Assembly: GCA_038845265.1 (NCBI GenBank)
Contig: JAWBQR010000012.1
Location: 1 to 32,046 of the forward strand
DNA: 32,046 bases
DNA from: Nitrososphaerota archaeon
GTDB lineage: Archaea > Thermoproteota > Nitrososphaeria_A > Caldarchaeales > Calditenuaceae
Reading direction: 5' to 3'
Shown here: positions 8,628 through 17,869 of the stretch, piece after piece
How the letters are laid out: each line of letters begins with the position of its first letter
How positions within the stretch are numbered: position 1 is the first letter of the stretch
The notes under the pieces: model-generated
Told to the model about the DNA's origin: nothing
What the model saw: only the letters and a program-made list of their open reading frames with translations
Databases searched by the model: none
Made by a program: the position numbers and the translations under genes

Positions 8628-9728
8628 ATGATAAAAGGAATGAACAAATTGAATATGGCTGGTTTGAGTAGGTTCGTAGCTTTGCTTAGTATCATGATGC
8701 TTCTCGTAGGATTGATCGCGGGGTATGGTGTCTCATATTCTTTTTTAAAGAGCCAAGAAAATAACAAGACAGTCACTATAACCGTTACTGAGACAGTTAG
8801 TATTAGTTCCTCGCCAAGTCAGATGACAGGCAGCGTAGAGATAGATGGTTCGAGCACGGTCTATCCAATAACAGAGGCTATCGCTGAGGAATTCATGAGG
8901 CTATATCCAAACGTAAGGGTAACTGTTGGAATTTCTGGTACAGGAGGAGGTTTTAAGAGATTTGTGACAGGTGAGACTGACATAAATGACGCCTCAAGAC
9001 CGCTTCTAAAAACTGAGGCCGAGGCAGCTACGAAAAACGGGATAGGCTGGATTGAAATACCAGTAGCAATCGATGGATTAGCTGTAGTAGTCAACCCCGA
9101 AAACAATTTTGTCGATTGCCTCACTATTTCGGAGCTGAGAGAGATATGGAAACCCGAAAGCAGTATAAAATATTGGAGCGATGTACGTCCTGAATGGCCA
9201 AAGGAGCCAATAAGACTATATGGTCCAGGACCAGATTCTGGCACATTTGATTTCTTCACCGAAAGGGTCGTAGGTAAGGCTAAATCAAGCAGGACTGACT
9301 ATGTAGCATCGGAAGATGATAACGTACTTGTAGCCAGCATAGAGAGTGAAAAATATTCACTGGGATATTTTGGGTATGCATACTATGTTAACAATAAGGA
9401 TAGGCTTAAAGTGGTAGCCATAAGAGACGATGCTCTTCCAAGCTCGAAATGCGTCACTCCAGTAGATGAAAACATAGCTACCTTTGAATATCCACTTGCA
9501 AGGCCATTATTTATCTATGTGAATAGAGAAAAATTTGAAAAGAAGCCAGAGTTGAAAGAATTTGTCTACTTTTACCTAGAAAATGCAGATAGATTTGTCA
9601 AAGAGACACATTACACACCTTATTCAGATAATTACTATAAATTGGCATTAGCTGCTCTGAGATCCGGGATATCTAATGGACTTTATGAATTAACACTAAT
9701 AAAGGGCAAGGACTTAGGGCCCTCCTGA
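8628..9728 (+). CDS. pstS: Phosphate ABC transporter substrate-binding protein
   Basis: N-terminal TM anchor and Thr/Ser-rich linker, then IDGSSTVYPI, GTGGGFKRF, DSGTFDFF, GYFGYAY, YPLARPLFIY. Confidence 0.96.
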   Translation: MIKGMNKLNMAGLSRFVALLSIMMLLVGLIAGYGVSYSFLKSQENNKTVTITVTETVSISSSPSQMTGSVEIDGSSTVYPITEAIAEEFMRLYPNVRVTVGISGTGGGFKRFVTGETDINDASRPLLKTEAEAATKNGIGWIEIPVAIDGLAVVVNPENNFVDCLTISELREIWKPESSIKYWSDVRPEWPKEPIRLYGPGPDSGTFDFFTERVVGKAKSSRTDYVASEDDNVLVASIESEKYSLGYFGYAYYVNNKDRLKVVAIRDDALPSSKCVTPVDENIATFEYPLARPLFIYVNREKFEKKPELKEFVYFYLENADRFVKETHYTPYSDNYYKLALAALRSGISNGLYELTLIKGKDLGPS

Positions 9729-9734
9729 AGGGGC

Positions 9735-10652
9735 GTGAGGAGTACGCTTACAAATGACCCAAAGACACTAAAAAAGAGAAGACTGATCTCCTCCATTGTT
9801 CAGAATATTACTTTTTTGGCTGCTTCAGCCTCAACTATCGCAGTAATTATTATATTAGCCACACTCATCAATGAGTCAATCTCATTTTTCGAGAAGGTAA
9901 ATATTTTTGAATACCTAACAGGAACTGAGTGGACGATCCTCTTCGAGGAGAAGAAATTCGGAATACTACCTCTGTTAAACGCCACTCTTCTAAGCTCATT
10001 TGTTGCTCTAGCCCTAGCTGTACCTATTGGTCTGGCAATTGCAATTTATCTCGGCGAGTATGCAGGCCCAAAAATAAAAAATGTTTTAAAGCCAATAATT
10101 GAACTCCTTGCTGGTATTCCTACTGTTGTATATGGATATTTTGCTCTCTACTTCGTAACACCTCAGTTTCTACGTCTTTTTTTGCCGGATATTCAGATAA
10201 ATAATGTGTTGGCTGCTGGATTGATGATTGGCTTCCTGATTATTCCAATCGTCGCTTCTATAAGTGAAGACGCGATTCGCTCCGTTCCTTTAGATCTCAG
10301 ACTCGCTGCATATGCAGTCGGTGCTAGGAAGTCTGAGGTGGTCACGAAGATCGTTATTCCTGCTGCCTTGTCAGGGATATTTGCTTCGATTATTCTTGCT
10401 TTTGGCAGAGCGATGGGTGAGACGATGATTGTGGCAATAGCGGCTGGTTTTAGGCCCATATTATCTTTCGACGTTAGGGAGTCAATGGAGACAATGACAG
10501 GCTTCATAGCCCAAGTAGCGACTGGCGATGCTCCTCACGGCACTATAGAATACAACTCCTTATTTGCCGTTGGACTAACCCTTCTGCTAATGACTTATCC
10601 CCTCAATCTTATTGCATTAAGGGTGCTGAAGAAATGGGCCATCAAGTACTAG
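9735..10652 (+). CDS. pstC: Phosphate ABC transporter permease PstC
   Basis: FGILPLL, ELLAGIPTVVYG, RAMGETMIV. GTG start, second gene of the operon. Confidence 0.95.
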   Translation: MRSTLTNDPKTLKKRRLISSIVQNITFLAASASTIAVIIILATLINESISFFEKVNIFEYLTGTEWTILFEEKKFGILPLLNATLLSSFVALALAVPIGLAIAIYLGEYAGPKIKNVLKPIIELLAGIPTVVYGYFALYFVTPQFLRLFLPDIQINNVLAAGLMIGFLIIPIVASISEDAIRSVPLDLRLAAYAVGARKSEVVTKIVIPAALSGIFASIILAFGRAMGETMIVAIAAGFRPILSFDVRESMETMTGFIAQVATGDAPHGTIEYNSLFAVGLTLLLMTYPLNLIALRVLKKWAIKY

Positions 10653-11503
10653 CAATCAGGAACAGGAGAAAAGTTATCCTCGATATATACATGCCCATAA
10701 TTTACTCGATTGGTCTATTTATCGCAATTTTATTTATCGGCTCGCTTCTTCTATACATAACTGTTACTGGAGCACATAGACTTAGTTGGGAATTATTAAC
10801 TAATTTTCCCTCATCAAATCCAAAACAAGCTGGAATGCTACCAGCGATTTACGGCACTATATGGACCGTCGGCATATCTACACTTATTTCATTACCCATA
10901 GGAATAGCCACCGCGATATACCTGAATGAGTATTCAGGCATGGAAAAGCTAAGGTCATTTTTACAGATAAATCTAAACAGCCTCGCAGGTGTACCTTCAG
11001 TCATATTCGGAGTAGTTGGTCTCGGTTTTCTCTCCTATACTCTAGGACTTGGTAGAAGCATTCTAGTAGGGTCAATAGTTCTAGCATTTCTGACACTACC
11101 GCTTGTAACGGTTTCCTCTCTTGAGGCCCTTAAAGCCGTACCGGACGACCTGAGGCTCGGCGGCTATGCATTGGGAGCAACTAGATGGGAGATAATCAAG
11201 TCCATAGTTCTTCCGAGGGCCTTACCTATGATGCTTACCGGAAGCATTTTAGCAACTAGCAGAGCCATTGGTGAAGCAGCGCCAATCCTCATAATAAGTG
11301 GTTTAGTCTTTATAAGGGAGATCCCCACATCACCTTTAGATAGGTTTACAGTTATGCCCCTCCAGCTATACAACTGGATTAGTAGGCCTCAGGTTGAGTT
11401 TAGAGAACTCGCATCCGCTGGAATCATCCTACTACTATTACTGTTAATCTTGCTCAACGCTGCAACGATATATTTAAGGTATAGATTATCGAAGAGGCGA
11501 TAA
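10634..11503 (+). CDS. pstA: Phosphate ABC transporter permease PstA
   Basis: [35 protein letters not shown]. Confidence 0.95.
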   Translation: MGHQVLAIRNRRKVILDIYMPIIYSIGLFIAILFIGSLLLYITVTGAHRLSWELLTNFPSSNPKQAGMLPAIYGTIWTVGISTLISLPIGIATAIYLNEYSGMEKLRSFLQINLNSLAGVPSVIFGVVGLGFLSYTLGLGRSILVGSIVLAFLTLPLVTVSSLEALKAVPDDLRLGGYALGATRWEIIKSIVLPRALPMMLTGSILATSRAIGEAAPILIISGLVFIREIPTSPLDRFTVMPLQLYNWISRPQVEFRELASAGIILLLLLLILLNAATIYLRYRLSKRR

Positions 11504-11508
11504 AGAAG

Positions 11509-12342
11509 TTGGGCTACGGAGTTTTGGAACAGGAGTTTAAAGTTGAGGAAAAAGTTAGAGGGATACGAGACGAAGTACATATAAAGGTTAAAAACCTCTC
11601 AGTATACTATAGGAAAAGACTGGCCATTAGTGACATAAATATTGAATTCTTAAAGAATAAAATCACGGCGATAATTGGTCCATCTGGGTGCGGCAAATCT
11701 ACTCTGCTAAGGAGCATAAATCGAATGAATGACCTAATACCGGACGCCACTGTAATCGGCAAGGTTTACCTCGATGGCATTGATATTTATGATAAATCAG
11801 TCGACCCCGTAGCTGTCAGGGCTGTCATTGGAATGGTCTTTCAGAGACCAAATCCATTCCCAATGAGTATCTATGACAATGTTGCTTTCGGAGTAAGAAT
11901 AAACAGGCTTGCCAAAGACCGAGAGGAACTTGATAAAAAAGTTGAAGATGCACTAAGAAAGGCCGCCCTTTGGGACGAGGTGAAAGACAGGCTCGACACC
12001 CATGCATATGAGCTATCGGGAGGACAACAACAGCGCCTCTGTATTGCCAGAGCCTTAGCAATTAATCCTAAAGTGTTACTTCTTGACGAGCCGACAGTAT
12101 CCCTCGACCCGGTTTCCACCGCTAAGATTGAGGAGCTATTATACAAGCTTAAGTCCGAGTTAACCATAATTATTGTAACGCACAACATGCTCCAGGCAGC
12201 TAGGGTATCAGATTTCACTGCAGTAATGATGCCTAATGAAAAATTAGTAGGAACACTGATTGAGTATGGACCGACCAAAGAAGTCTTTACAAATCCAAAA
12301 GATAAAAGAACTGAAGCATACATCAGTGGAAGAGTAGGGTGA
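11509..12342 (+). CDS. pstB: Phosphate ABC transporter ATP-binding protein
   Basis: [55 protein letters not shown]. Confidence 0.97.
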   Translation: MGYGVLEQEFKVEEKVRGIRDEVHIKVKNLSVYYRKRLAISDINIEFLKNKITAIIGPSGCGKSTLLRSINRMNDLIPDATVIGKVYLDGIDIYDKSVDPVAVRAVIGMVFQRPNPFPMSIYDNVAFGVRINRLAKDREELDKKVEDALRKAALWDEVKDRLDTHAYELSGGQQQRLCIARALAINPKVLLLDEPTVSLDPVSTAKIEELLYKLKSELTIIIVTHNMLQAARVSDFTAVMMPNEKLVGTLIEYGPTKEVFTNPKDKRTEAYISGRVG

Positions 12343-12348
12343 AAAGCG

Positions 12349-12975
12349 ATGCGACTCATGGATTTCGGTTTAGAGAGACTAACCGATACACTTATACAGA
12401 TGTCCAGCATAAGTGTCAGGGCAATAGAGCTAGCAGCCGAAGCATTCATGAAGGGAATAGACGTCTCAAAAAAAGTCTACGAACTATCACTTCAATTAAA
12501 AGATCTTCACGAAATCGTAACTGACATCGCAACAGAACTAATTGCTAGATATCAACCAGTTGCATCCGACCTTAGATACATAAGATCATGCTACGAGATA
12601 AGCTACGGATTTTACCGTTTCGGCCGCTATGCATACGACATTGCAGACATAATTAGAGAGTTCGGAGACATATCTTACTGCGGAATGACGGAGGTAAGAT
12701 ACACAGTAGAACTCGTCAAGAGACTTGTGAATGAAAGCATAGCTTCATTTAAGGAAAAAGACCCAGAAAAAGCAAAAAAGGTAATCGAGCTTGACGATGA
12801 AGTAGATGCTCAATACAGAAATTACCTAAAAAAAGCCATTCAAAACGTAACTACTGACAAAAAATGCGACCTTGCAGTTCTCCTATTAATGAGATATTTA
12901 GAAAGGATAGGAGATCACGCGACATACATAGCCGAGACGATCTTGTACATTACTGGAAAAGCACATAGTGAATAA
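12349..12975 (+). CDS. phoU: Phosphate uptake regulator PhoU
   Basis: RYQPVASDLR, LDDEVD, RYLERIGDHATYIAE. Last gene of the pst operon. Confidence 0.94.
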   Translation: MRLMDFGLERLTDTLIQMSSISVRAIELAAEAFMKGIDVSKKVYELSLQLKDLHEIVTDIATELIARYQPVASDLRYIRSCYEISYGFYRFGRYAYDIADIIREFGDISYCGMTEVRYTVELVKRLVNESIASFKEKDPEKAKKVIELDDEVDAQYRNYLKKAIQNVTTDKKCDLAVLLLMRYLERIGDHATYIAETILYITGKAHSE

Positions 12976-12998
12976 TCTCGGACCATAAATTACTGATA

Positions 12999-13367
12999 TC
13001 ATTTAATCTCTTTAAGCAAAATCCTTAAAAGCTCAGCTGCCTCAAACACCCTACCCGTTACTCTTATTTTTCCAGCAAAATAGTAAACAAATGGATCAGC
13101 TTCTCTGTCAATTAGCTTCTTTAAATCATTCTTTCTAGCTATAACTGTTACTAATGGATCTATCAATTCTCCTTCGTTTATTTCTATAAAACCTCCACTC
13201 ACCCTTAGAAAGAATGGCTTATCGTCAACTGGCCTTACTTGGACTGAAGCCTCGATCCCAGATAACTTCTCCATAATTTCTGGCCTTTTAGAGTATTCCT
13301 CAATCTTTTTCTTAAGATAAAGCATTAAAGGCTCAGATTGTTGATCACTATCTATCTTCTCATCCAT
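12999..13367 (-). CDS. SCP2 sterol/lipid-binding domain protein
   Basis: FFLRVSGGFIEINEG...PLVTV...DPFVYYFAGKIRVTG matches the SCP2 'dP..af..Gki+v.G' signature. Confidence 0.8.
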   Translation of the reverse strand: MDEKIDSDQQSEPLMLYLKKKIEEYSKRPEIMEKLSGIEASVQVRPVDDKPFFLRVSGGFIEINEGELIDPLVTVIARKNDLKKLIDREADPFVYYFAGKIRVTGRVFEAAELLRILLKEIK

Positions 13368-13415
13368 CCAAATATATCACAAAAGTGATTGATTAATTAC
13401 TATATCCTCTAACAA

Positions 13416-14045
13416 TTAAAGTAGCCTAGATAAGTTTCCGCGAAGCAGCGCCTCTGCTTGCTTAAGATCATCAATAGTGTTAATATTAACTCCCAACCTC
13501 GGCTCATTCAATACTAAAATATACGGCTTAGGAAGTCTTCTCTCAGCAATTAGTTTCTTATCTATCAATCTTAGCCCGGCTGGGCAGAGCTCCTGTTCAT
13601 CAACCTTAAATCTTGACGATGCAGAAAGCCCTAGTTTCTTGACAATTTCTACCGGAACAGCTACGAGGATGTAAGGATTTCCACACAACCCCTCAGCGTA
13701 CTCTTTCACCAGTTGATCAATGTCCTTAGACAATATGAAAGGAATATCAGCCGAACATATTACATATATATCGCTTGGCAGCCCCCAGAGTGCAGATAAT
13801 AAATCATCATAATAACCAGTCCCTTTGCCCTTTATGACCTCAAAACCGCGTGACAGTAGATACTTAGTTGTATCTGGTGTGTTTTGGCTCGTTATGCAGA
13901 TTATTTTCCTAATCGTTTCTGCTTCAAGCGCAGCATCAATCACGTAGTCAATTAGTCTTTTACCTCCAAGCATAACAAGCGGTTTCTCGACGCCTACGCC
14001 CAATCGTTTTCCAAGTCCGCCTGCCATTATTATTAACAGGGCCAA
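13416..14045 (-). CDS. cobY: Adenosylcobinamide-phosphate guanylyltransferase CobY-like (MobA-type NTP transferase)
   Basis: IMAGGLGKRL...EKPL, TSQNTPDT, GTGYYDDL, SADIP, C-terminal NINTIDDL. Confidence 0.75.
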   Translation of the reverse strand: MALLIIMAGGLGKRLGVGVEKPLVMLGGKRLIDYVIDAALEAETIRKIICITSQNTPDTTKYLLSRGFEVIKGKGTGYYDDLLSALWGLPSDIYVICSADIPFILSKDIDQLVKEYAEGLCGNPYILVAVPVEIVKKLGLSASSRFKVDEQELCPAGLRLIDKKLIAERRLPKPYILVLNEPRLGVNINTIDDLKQAEALLRGNLSRLL

Positions 14046-14119
14046 ACCTACTTCAACTAACTATTGGTAATGCTCATCTTAACTTAAATGGTGCCAGTTA
14101 TAAATTATACAATAGAGCA

Positions 14120-14374
14120 ATGGAGCAAGCAGTAAGTGAGGTCAAGATTGGCAGGCTCTTGAAAAAATACTGGAGAGTTAGAGTACCTAGGAAGTTTAGG
14201 GAAGGCACCTCTGAAGCGCTAATAGAAATTGAGGGTGAGCGATGGCTAGTAGAGCTGGACAAGCATGGCAGGGTCTACATTCCAGTTAAACTGAGACCAA
14301 GCATTGAGAAGGCAAAGACCATCATCATAAGGCGTGAGGGTAGCACAATAGTACTTAAACCGAGGCCATACTAG
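14120..14374 (+). CDS. AbrB/MazE/MraZ-like swapped-hairpin DNA-binding protein (two internal repeats)
   Basis: LKKYWRVRVPRKFRE and LDKHGRVYIPVKLR, with C-terminal EGSTIVLKP. Confidence 0.7.
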   Translation: MEQAVSEVKIGRLLKKYWRVRVPRKFREGTSEALIEIEGERWLVELDKHGRVYIPVKLRPSIEKAKTIIIRREGSTIVLKPRPY

Positions 14375-14381
14375 ACCCTTA

Positions 14382-14594
14382 TTACTTTGCGTCTCTAAAA
14401 AGTATTCCCTTGATGAATAACATTAATATAAATGTATTCCATAACAACGTAAAGACTAGCCACACCAAAATAGAAAATGGTGATCTTTCACCATATCTCC
14501 AAATTAAAAATAGCCCGGCAATGGGTGGAATAGTTAGGATAACTGCGAGAATAGTAGCCTTGGCGATTATCTCATATAATCTTTGCCAACTCAA
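14382..14594 (-). CDS. Hypothetical small membrane protein (2 TM)
   Basis: 70 aa with two hydrophobic segments. It fills the gap without overlapping neighbours. Confidence 0.6.
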   Translation of the reverse strand: MSWQRLYEIIAKATILAVILTIPPIAGLFLIWRYGERSPFSILVWLVFTLLWNTFILMLFIKGILFRDAK

Positions 14595-14606
14595 ATCAAA
14601 TACAAC

Positions 14607-14945
14607 TCAATAACAATAAGTTATATTTCTTCTTAATTGCATCTTCAGATTCTCTAAATTTCTGCGGTTACTACTAATCAACTGGCGATACTCATCTTTT
14701 AGCTTGGCCCTCTGTTTAGAAAACTCAATTCTACAAAATGATAGCTGTTGCTTATTCTTTTGGCGAAGCTTAGAAAACTCTTTACATGAGTCCTGGAGTG
14801 AGTCCTGGAGCAATGCAGTATTCTGAGTCTTAATCTTCTCAATGGTCTTGCTCAACTTCTTAAGCTCCTCGTCACGGGTAAGATCTCCACGTACACCCCT
14901 AATCCTAAGCCTGTCAATTAGCTTAAGCATCAAGCATACACTCAA
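14607..14945 (-). CDS. Hypothetical basic coiled-coil protein
   Basis: 112 aa, K/R/E/Q/L-rich and helical. Same strand as, and 12 nt from, the 14382-14594 gene. Confidence 0.5.
   Translation of the reverse strand: MSVCLMLKLIDRLRIRGVRGDLTRDEELKKLSKTIEKIKTQNTALLQDSLQDSCKEFSKLRQKNKQQLSFCRIEFSKQRAKLKDEYRQLISSNRRNLENLKMQLRRNITYCY
14787..14810. repeat. Perfect 12-bp tandem duplication (TGAGTCCTGGAG x2)
   Basis: Read directly from the sequence. Encodes LQDS-LQDS in frame on the minus strand. Confidence 0.9.
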
Positions 14946-14995
14946 TATTCATATACAAATACCTTTATCAACCCTAGCATACATCAGTAAATAAT

Positions 14996-15070
14996 GGGCC
15001 CGTGGCCTAGCTTGGATAAGGCGCCGGCCTTCGGAGCCGGAGAACGCGGGTTCAAGTCCCGCCGGGCCCG
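14996..15070 (+). tRNA. tRNA-Arg(TCG), intron-less, CCA not encoded
   Basis: Acceptor GGGCCCG/CGGGCCC-G, anticodon arm CCGGC-CTTCGGA-GCCGG, T arm GCGGG-TTCAAGT-CCCGC. Confidence 0.96.
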
Positions 15071-15519
15071 AGAATGTGGGAGATTGAGCTAATTGTAGAT
15101 AAGTTAACAGCGCTCCCTAGGCTGTTTGATAAAAATTCCTAGGCACAAGTAGAGAAACTATAAGGTAACCTTCTTGCTGAAATTGTTGAAATACCTCTAG
15201 GCAGGATAATCAATAAGTGGTAAGTTAAAAATAAGGGCATAATGATGTTAAATCAATCCAATCAGAATGATTTAATCATTTTAATGAATGCCTTAATTAT
15301 TTTTCATGAGTATCTTTTAATGAAGTTTGTATCGACCTAAAATCTAATTGAGAGTCTTATTATGTAAATCTTGACAATTTTATAAACAGGCATCTTTAAT
15401 CCTTATTTTTTGAGTGGATGACCTACCTGACAGTTCTATAAGAATCTTCCCTAGTTAATCTGCAATCTTCTTAGTTGTATGTATATATTGAGCTTATTGG
15501 AGATATTATTGAGAGTTGC

Positions 15520-15819
15520 ATGAATAGATCCTTAGAAGCGATATGTATGGGTTCTTTAATAATGCTATTAATGATGCAGGCCGTAGCTGCTGCTGAGGCC
15601 GAGACCAACACTATCATGAGCAAGGTCTTCGCCGCTGCGATTGCTTTTAGCGTAGCAGTTGCAGCCGCTGGGTTCACCATCTCTAAGGCGGGATCAGCCG
15701 GACTAGCTGCATCCGCGGAGAGACCTGAAGTAAGAACAGTAGCAATTATTATATCAGCTTTCGGAGAAGCGCTCGCCATCTATGGAATAGCAATTGCGTT
15801 CTTCATTCTCAGCGCATAA
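15520..15819 (+). CDS. atpK: A/V-type ATP synthase proteolipid subunit K (c), single hairpin with N-terminal leader
   Basis: AAAGFTISKAGSAGLAASAERPE...AFGEALAIYG with the conserved ion-binding Glu. Likely start ATG 15520; hydrophobic signal-like N-terminus. Confidence 0.9.
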   Translation: MNRSLEAICMGSLIMLLMMQAVAAAEAETNTIMSKVFAAAIAFSVAVAAAGFTISKAGSAGLAASAERPEVRTVAIIISAFGEALAIYGIAIAFFILSA

Positions 15820-15829
15820 GAAAACCTTG

Positions 15830-15846
15830 ACTTTTTCTCTTTTATT
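15830..15846 (+). terminator. Oligo-T archaeal terminator candidate after atpK
   Basis: Pyrimidine/T tract (ctttttctcttttatt) about 12 nt after the stop codon. Confidence 0.4.
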
Positions 15847-15914
15847 GCATATAACCAATCAGTCCTACCGAAAAATAAATAAGTTGATTGCGTATCTTGT
15901 AATATGGAATTAAT

Positions 15915-15988
15915 GCCCCGGTAGCTCAGGCTGGGAGAGCGCCCGGCTGAAGACCGGGAAGTCGCCGGTTCAAGTCCGGCCCGGGGCA
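15915..15988 (+). tRNA. tRNA-Phe(GAA), intron-less, CCA not encoded
   Basis: Acceptor GCCCCGG/CCGGGGC-A, anticodon arm CCCGG-CTGAAGA-CCGGG, T arm GCCGG-TTCAAGT-CCGGC. Confidence 0.96.
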
Positions 15989-16003
15989 GTTAATTAATAA
16001 AAA

Positions 16004-16900
16004 TTATAGAAGGGAGTCAATTATTATTGCTAAGAATATCAATGCTAAGTGTGGACTCGAGAATTTGAAAAGTCGCCACATATTAGTTTGGGTTGGTGAT
16101 AAAAATAGCCTTAGGCTCAGATACAGCAAAATAACGCCTGATGAAAGTGTGATTCCTAGATAGATTAGTCCAAATATTTGTGGGTCTATTAAATATAGCA
16201 TTACTGAAAAGATGAACATAAGGAAAGCAGTTGATGCGATGCATCTTACGGCTTTTCTTTCGGACAATCTGATTGGCATCATCGGTATATTTGCCCTTGC
16301 ATAATCATCCTTGTACCTCAGTGCAAGGCTCCATACATGGCTCGGTATCCAGAGTACGACAAGAGCGGCAATTATAAATCCTTCGACCGCAATTTGATTG
16401 GTAGCTGCAACATAGCCTATAATTGCAGGAGCTCCACCAGCAAAACTACCAAACAAAATATTCAGAGGAGTCCTTCTCTTTGCAAGCATGACATATATTA
16501 TGACATAATCAATAATGCCGAAGATTAAGAAAATCACCACATAAATATTGAGAGAAAAAGCCAGCAGTATAGAGATGCTTATCAGAACTATACCAAATGC
16601 TAGGGCCTTTTCAGGTGGGTAAATCAATCCTAAAGGTAAAGGCCTATTCATCGTTCTACGCATCAACCTATCGATATCAATTTCTAAATAATTCGCGATG
16701 GTTTCGGCACCGGCAGACCCTGAAATCAAAACTATCAAGACATATATGAAATTCTCTATCGTAGGTATGCCTCGAGTTCCTAAGAATAGTCCACCGACTC
16801 CAGTGAATACTAGTAACCACCAAACTCTAGGCTTTGTAACCCTGAAATATACTTCGGCAGCTCTTGTAGCCCGGGCCAACATAGATGACTGTTTACGCAT
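16004..16900 (-). CDS. ctaB: Protoheme IX farnesyltransferase (heme o synthase)
   Basis: YFRVTKPR, EIDIDRLMRRTMNRPLP, KRRTPLNILFGSFAG, WIPSHVWSLALRYKDDYARANIPMMP. Confidence 0.95.
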   Translation of the reverse strand: MRKQSSMLARATRAAEVYFRVTKPRVWWLLVFTGVGGLFLGTRGIPTIENFIYVLIVLISGSAGAETIANYLEIDIDRLMRRTMNRPLPLGLIYPPEKALAFGIVLISISILLAFSLNIYVVIFLIFGIIDYVIIYVMLAKRRTPLNILFGSFAGGAPAIIGYVAATNQIAVEGFIIAALVVLWIPSHVWSLALRYKDDYARANIPMMPIRLSERKAVRCIASTAFLMFIFSVMLYLIDPQIFGLIYLGITLSSGVILLYLSLRLFLSPTQTNMWRLFKFSSPHLALIFLAIIIDSLL

Positions 16901-17029
16901 TTCTATAAAGGTGTGAATGTGCGATATTTATATAATTTGGGTCTTTACAATCTCCCATAACTCTTAGTACCTCAAAGAAGAATTGAGCTATACAAAATTT
17001 TTATTTTCCAATCTTCTTTATAATAATCA

Positions 17030-17809
17030 ATGAGTGGTAGACTATCTGGGAAGGTAGCGATAATTACTGGAAGCTCCAGAGGAATAGGAAGAGCAGTGGC
17101 TTTAAGATTTGCCCGTGAAGGAGCTAAAATCGTCTGTAATTATGTATCGCAAAGCATTAAAGCTGATGAAGTCGTCAGACAGATAAAGTCGATTGGAGGT
17201 GAAGCAGTAGCGGTAAAGGCAGACGTCTCTTCTAAGGAAGATGCGAAACTATTAGTAGAGACTGCAATTAATAATTTTGGCAAATTAGACATACTAGTAA
17301 ATAATGCAGGTATTTTTATTAAGGGAGGGATATTTGATGATACAGTAATTTTTGACAGGTTAATCGATGTAAATGTAAAAGGTGTAATAAACTGTACAGC
17401 GATGGCAGCTAGGGTAATGATGAACCAAAGACATGGCAGGATCATAAATGTTTCTTCAATCGCAGGGATAGGAACTTCTGCTAGAAATACAACTTACTAT
17501 GCCATAAGCAAGGCCGCTGTTATACTACTTACAAAGCGTCTAGCATTAGAGTTAGGTGAATACGGAATAACTGTAAACGCTGTGGCGCCAGGATTAATAC
17601 TTACAGACATGGTCGAAACTCAGAGTGAAGAAGACCGTGAAAATATTATGAGGTTAGCACTTGAGAAATCTGTATTAAGAAAGGTTGGCAGCCCTGATGA
17701 TGTTGCATCACTAATAACTTATCTAGCAACTGATGAGGCTGGTTTTATCACTGGTCAAGTAATAACAATAGATGGAGGACGCATTGACTTTCTGTCAAGA
17801 TCCTGTTGA
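17030..17809 (+). CDS. Short-chain dehydrogenase/reductase (FabG-like)
   Basis: TGSSRGIG, DILVNNAG, YAISK, VNAVAPG, ITGQVITIDGG. Confidence 0.93.
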   Translation: MSGRLSGKVAIITGSSRGIGRAVALRFAREGAKIVCNYVSQSIKADEVVRQIKSIGGEAVAVKADVSSKEDAKLLVETAINNFGKLDILVNNAGIFIKGGIFDDTVIFDRLIDVNVKGVINCTAMAARVMMNQRHGRIINVSSIAGIGTSARNTTYYAISKAAVILLTKRLALELGEYGITVNAVAPGLILTDMVETQSEEDRENIMRLALEKSVLRKVGSPDDVASLITYLATDEAGFITGQVITIDGGRIDFLSRSC

Positions 17810-17869
17810 GGGGGTCGATGATAGATATATGAATAAAAGAGTAGCAAATGAATATAGGAGTGTCTAGCT

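Noticed and set aside
11871-12449. 192-aa minus-strand ORF
   Set aside because: Ser-rich antisense shadow of pstB/phoU.
15471-15779. 102-aa Ala-rich minus-strand ORF
   Set aside because: Mirror frame of the Ala-rich atpK codons.
14996-15988. Integrated element bounded by tRNA-Arg and tRNA-Phe
   Set aside because: No integrase and no duplicated tRNA 3' end (att site) seen. The only gene between them is a housekeeping ATPase subunit.
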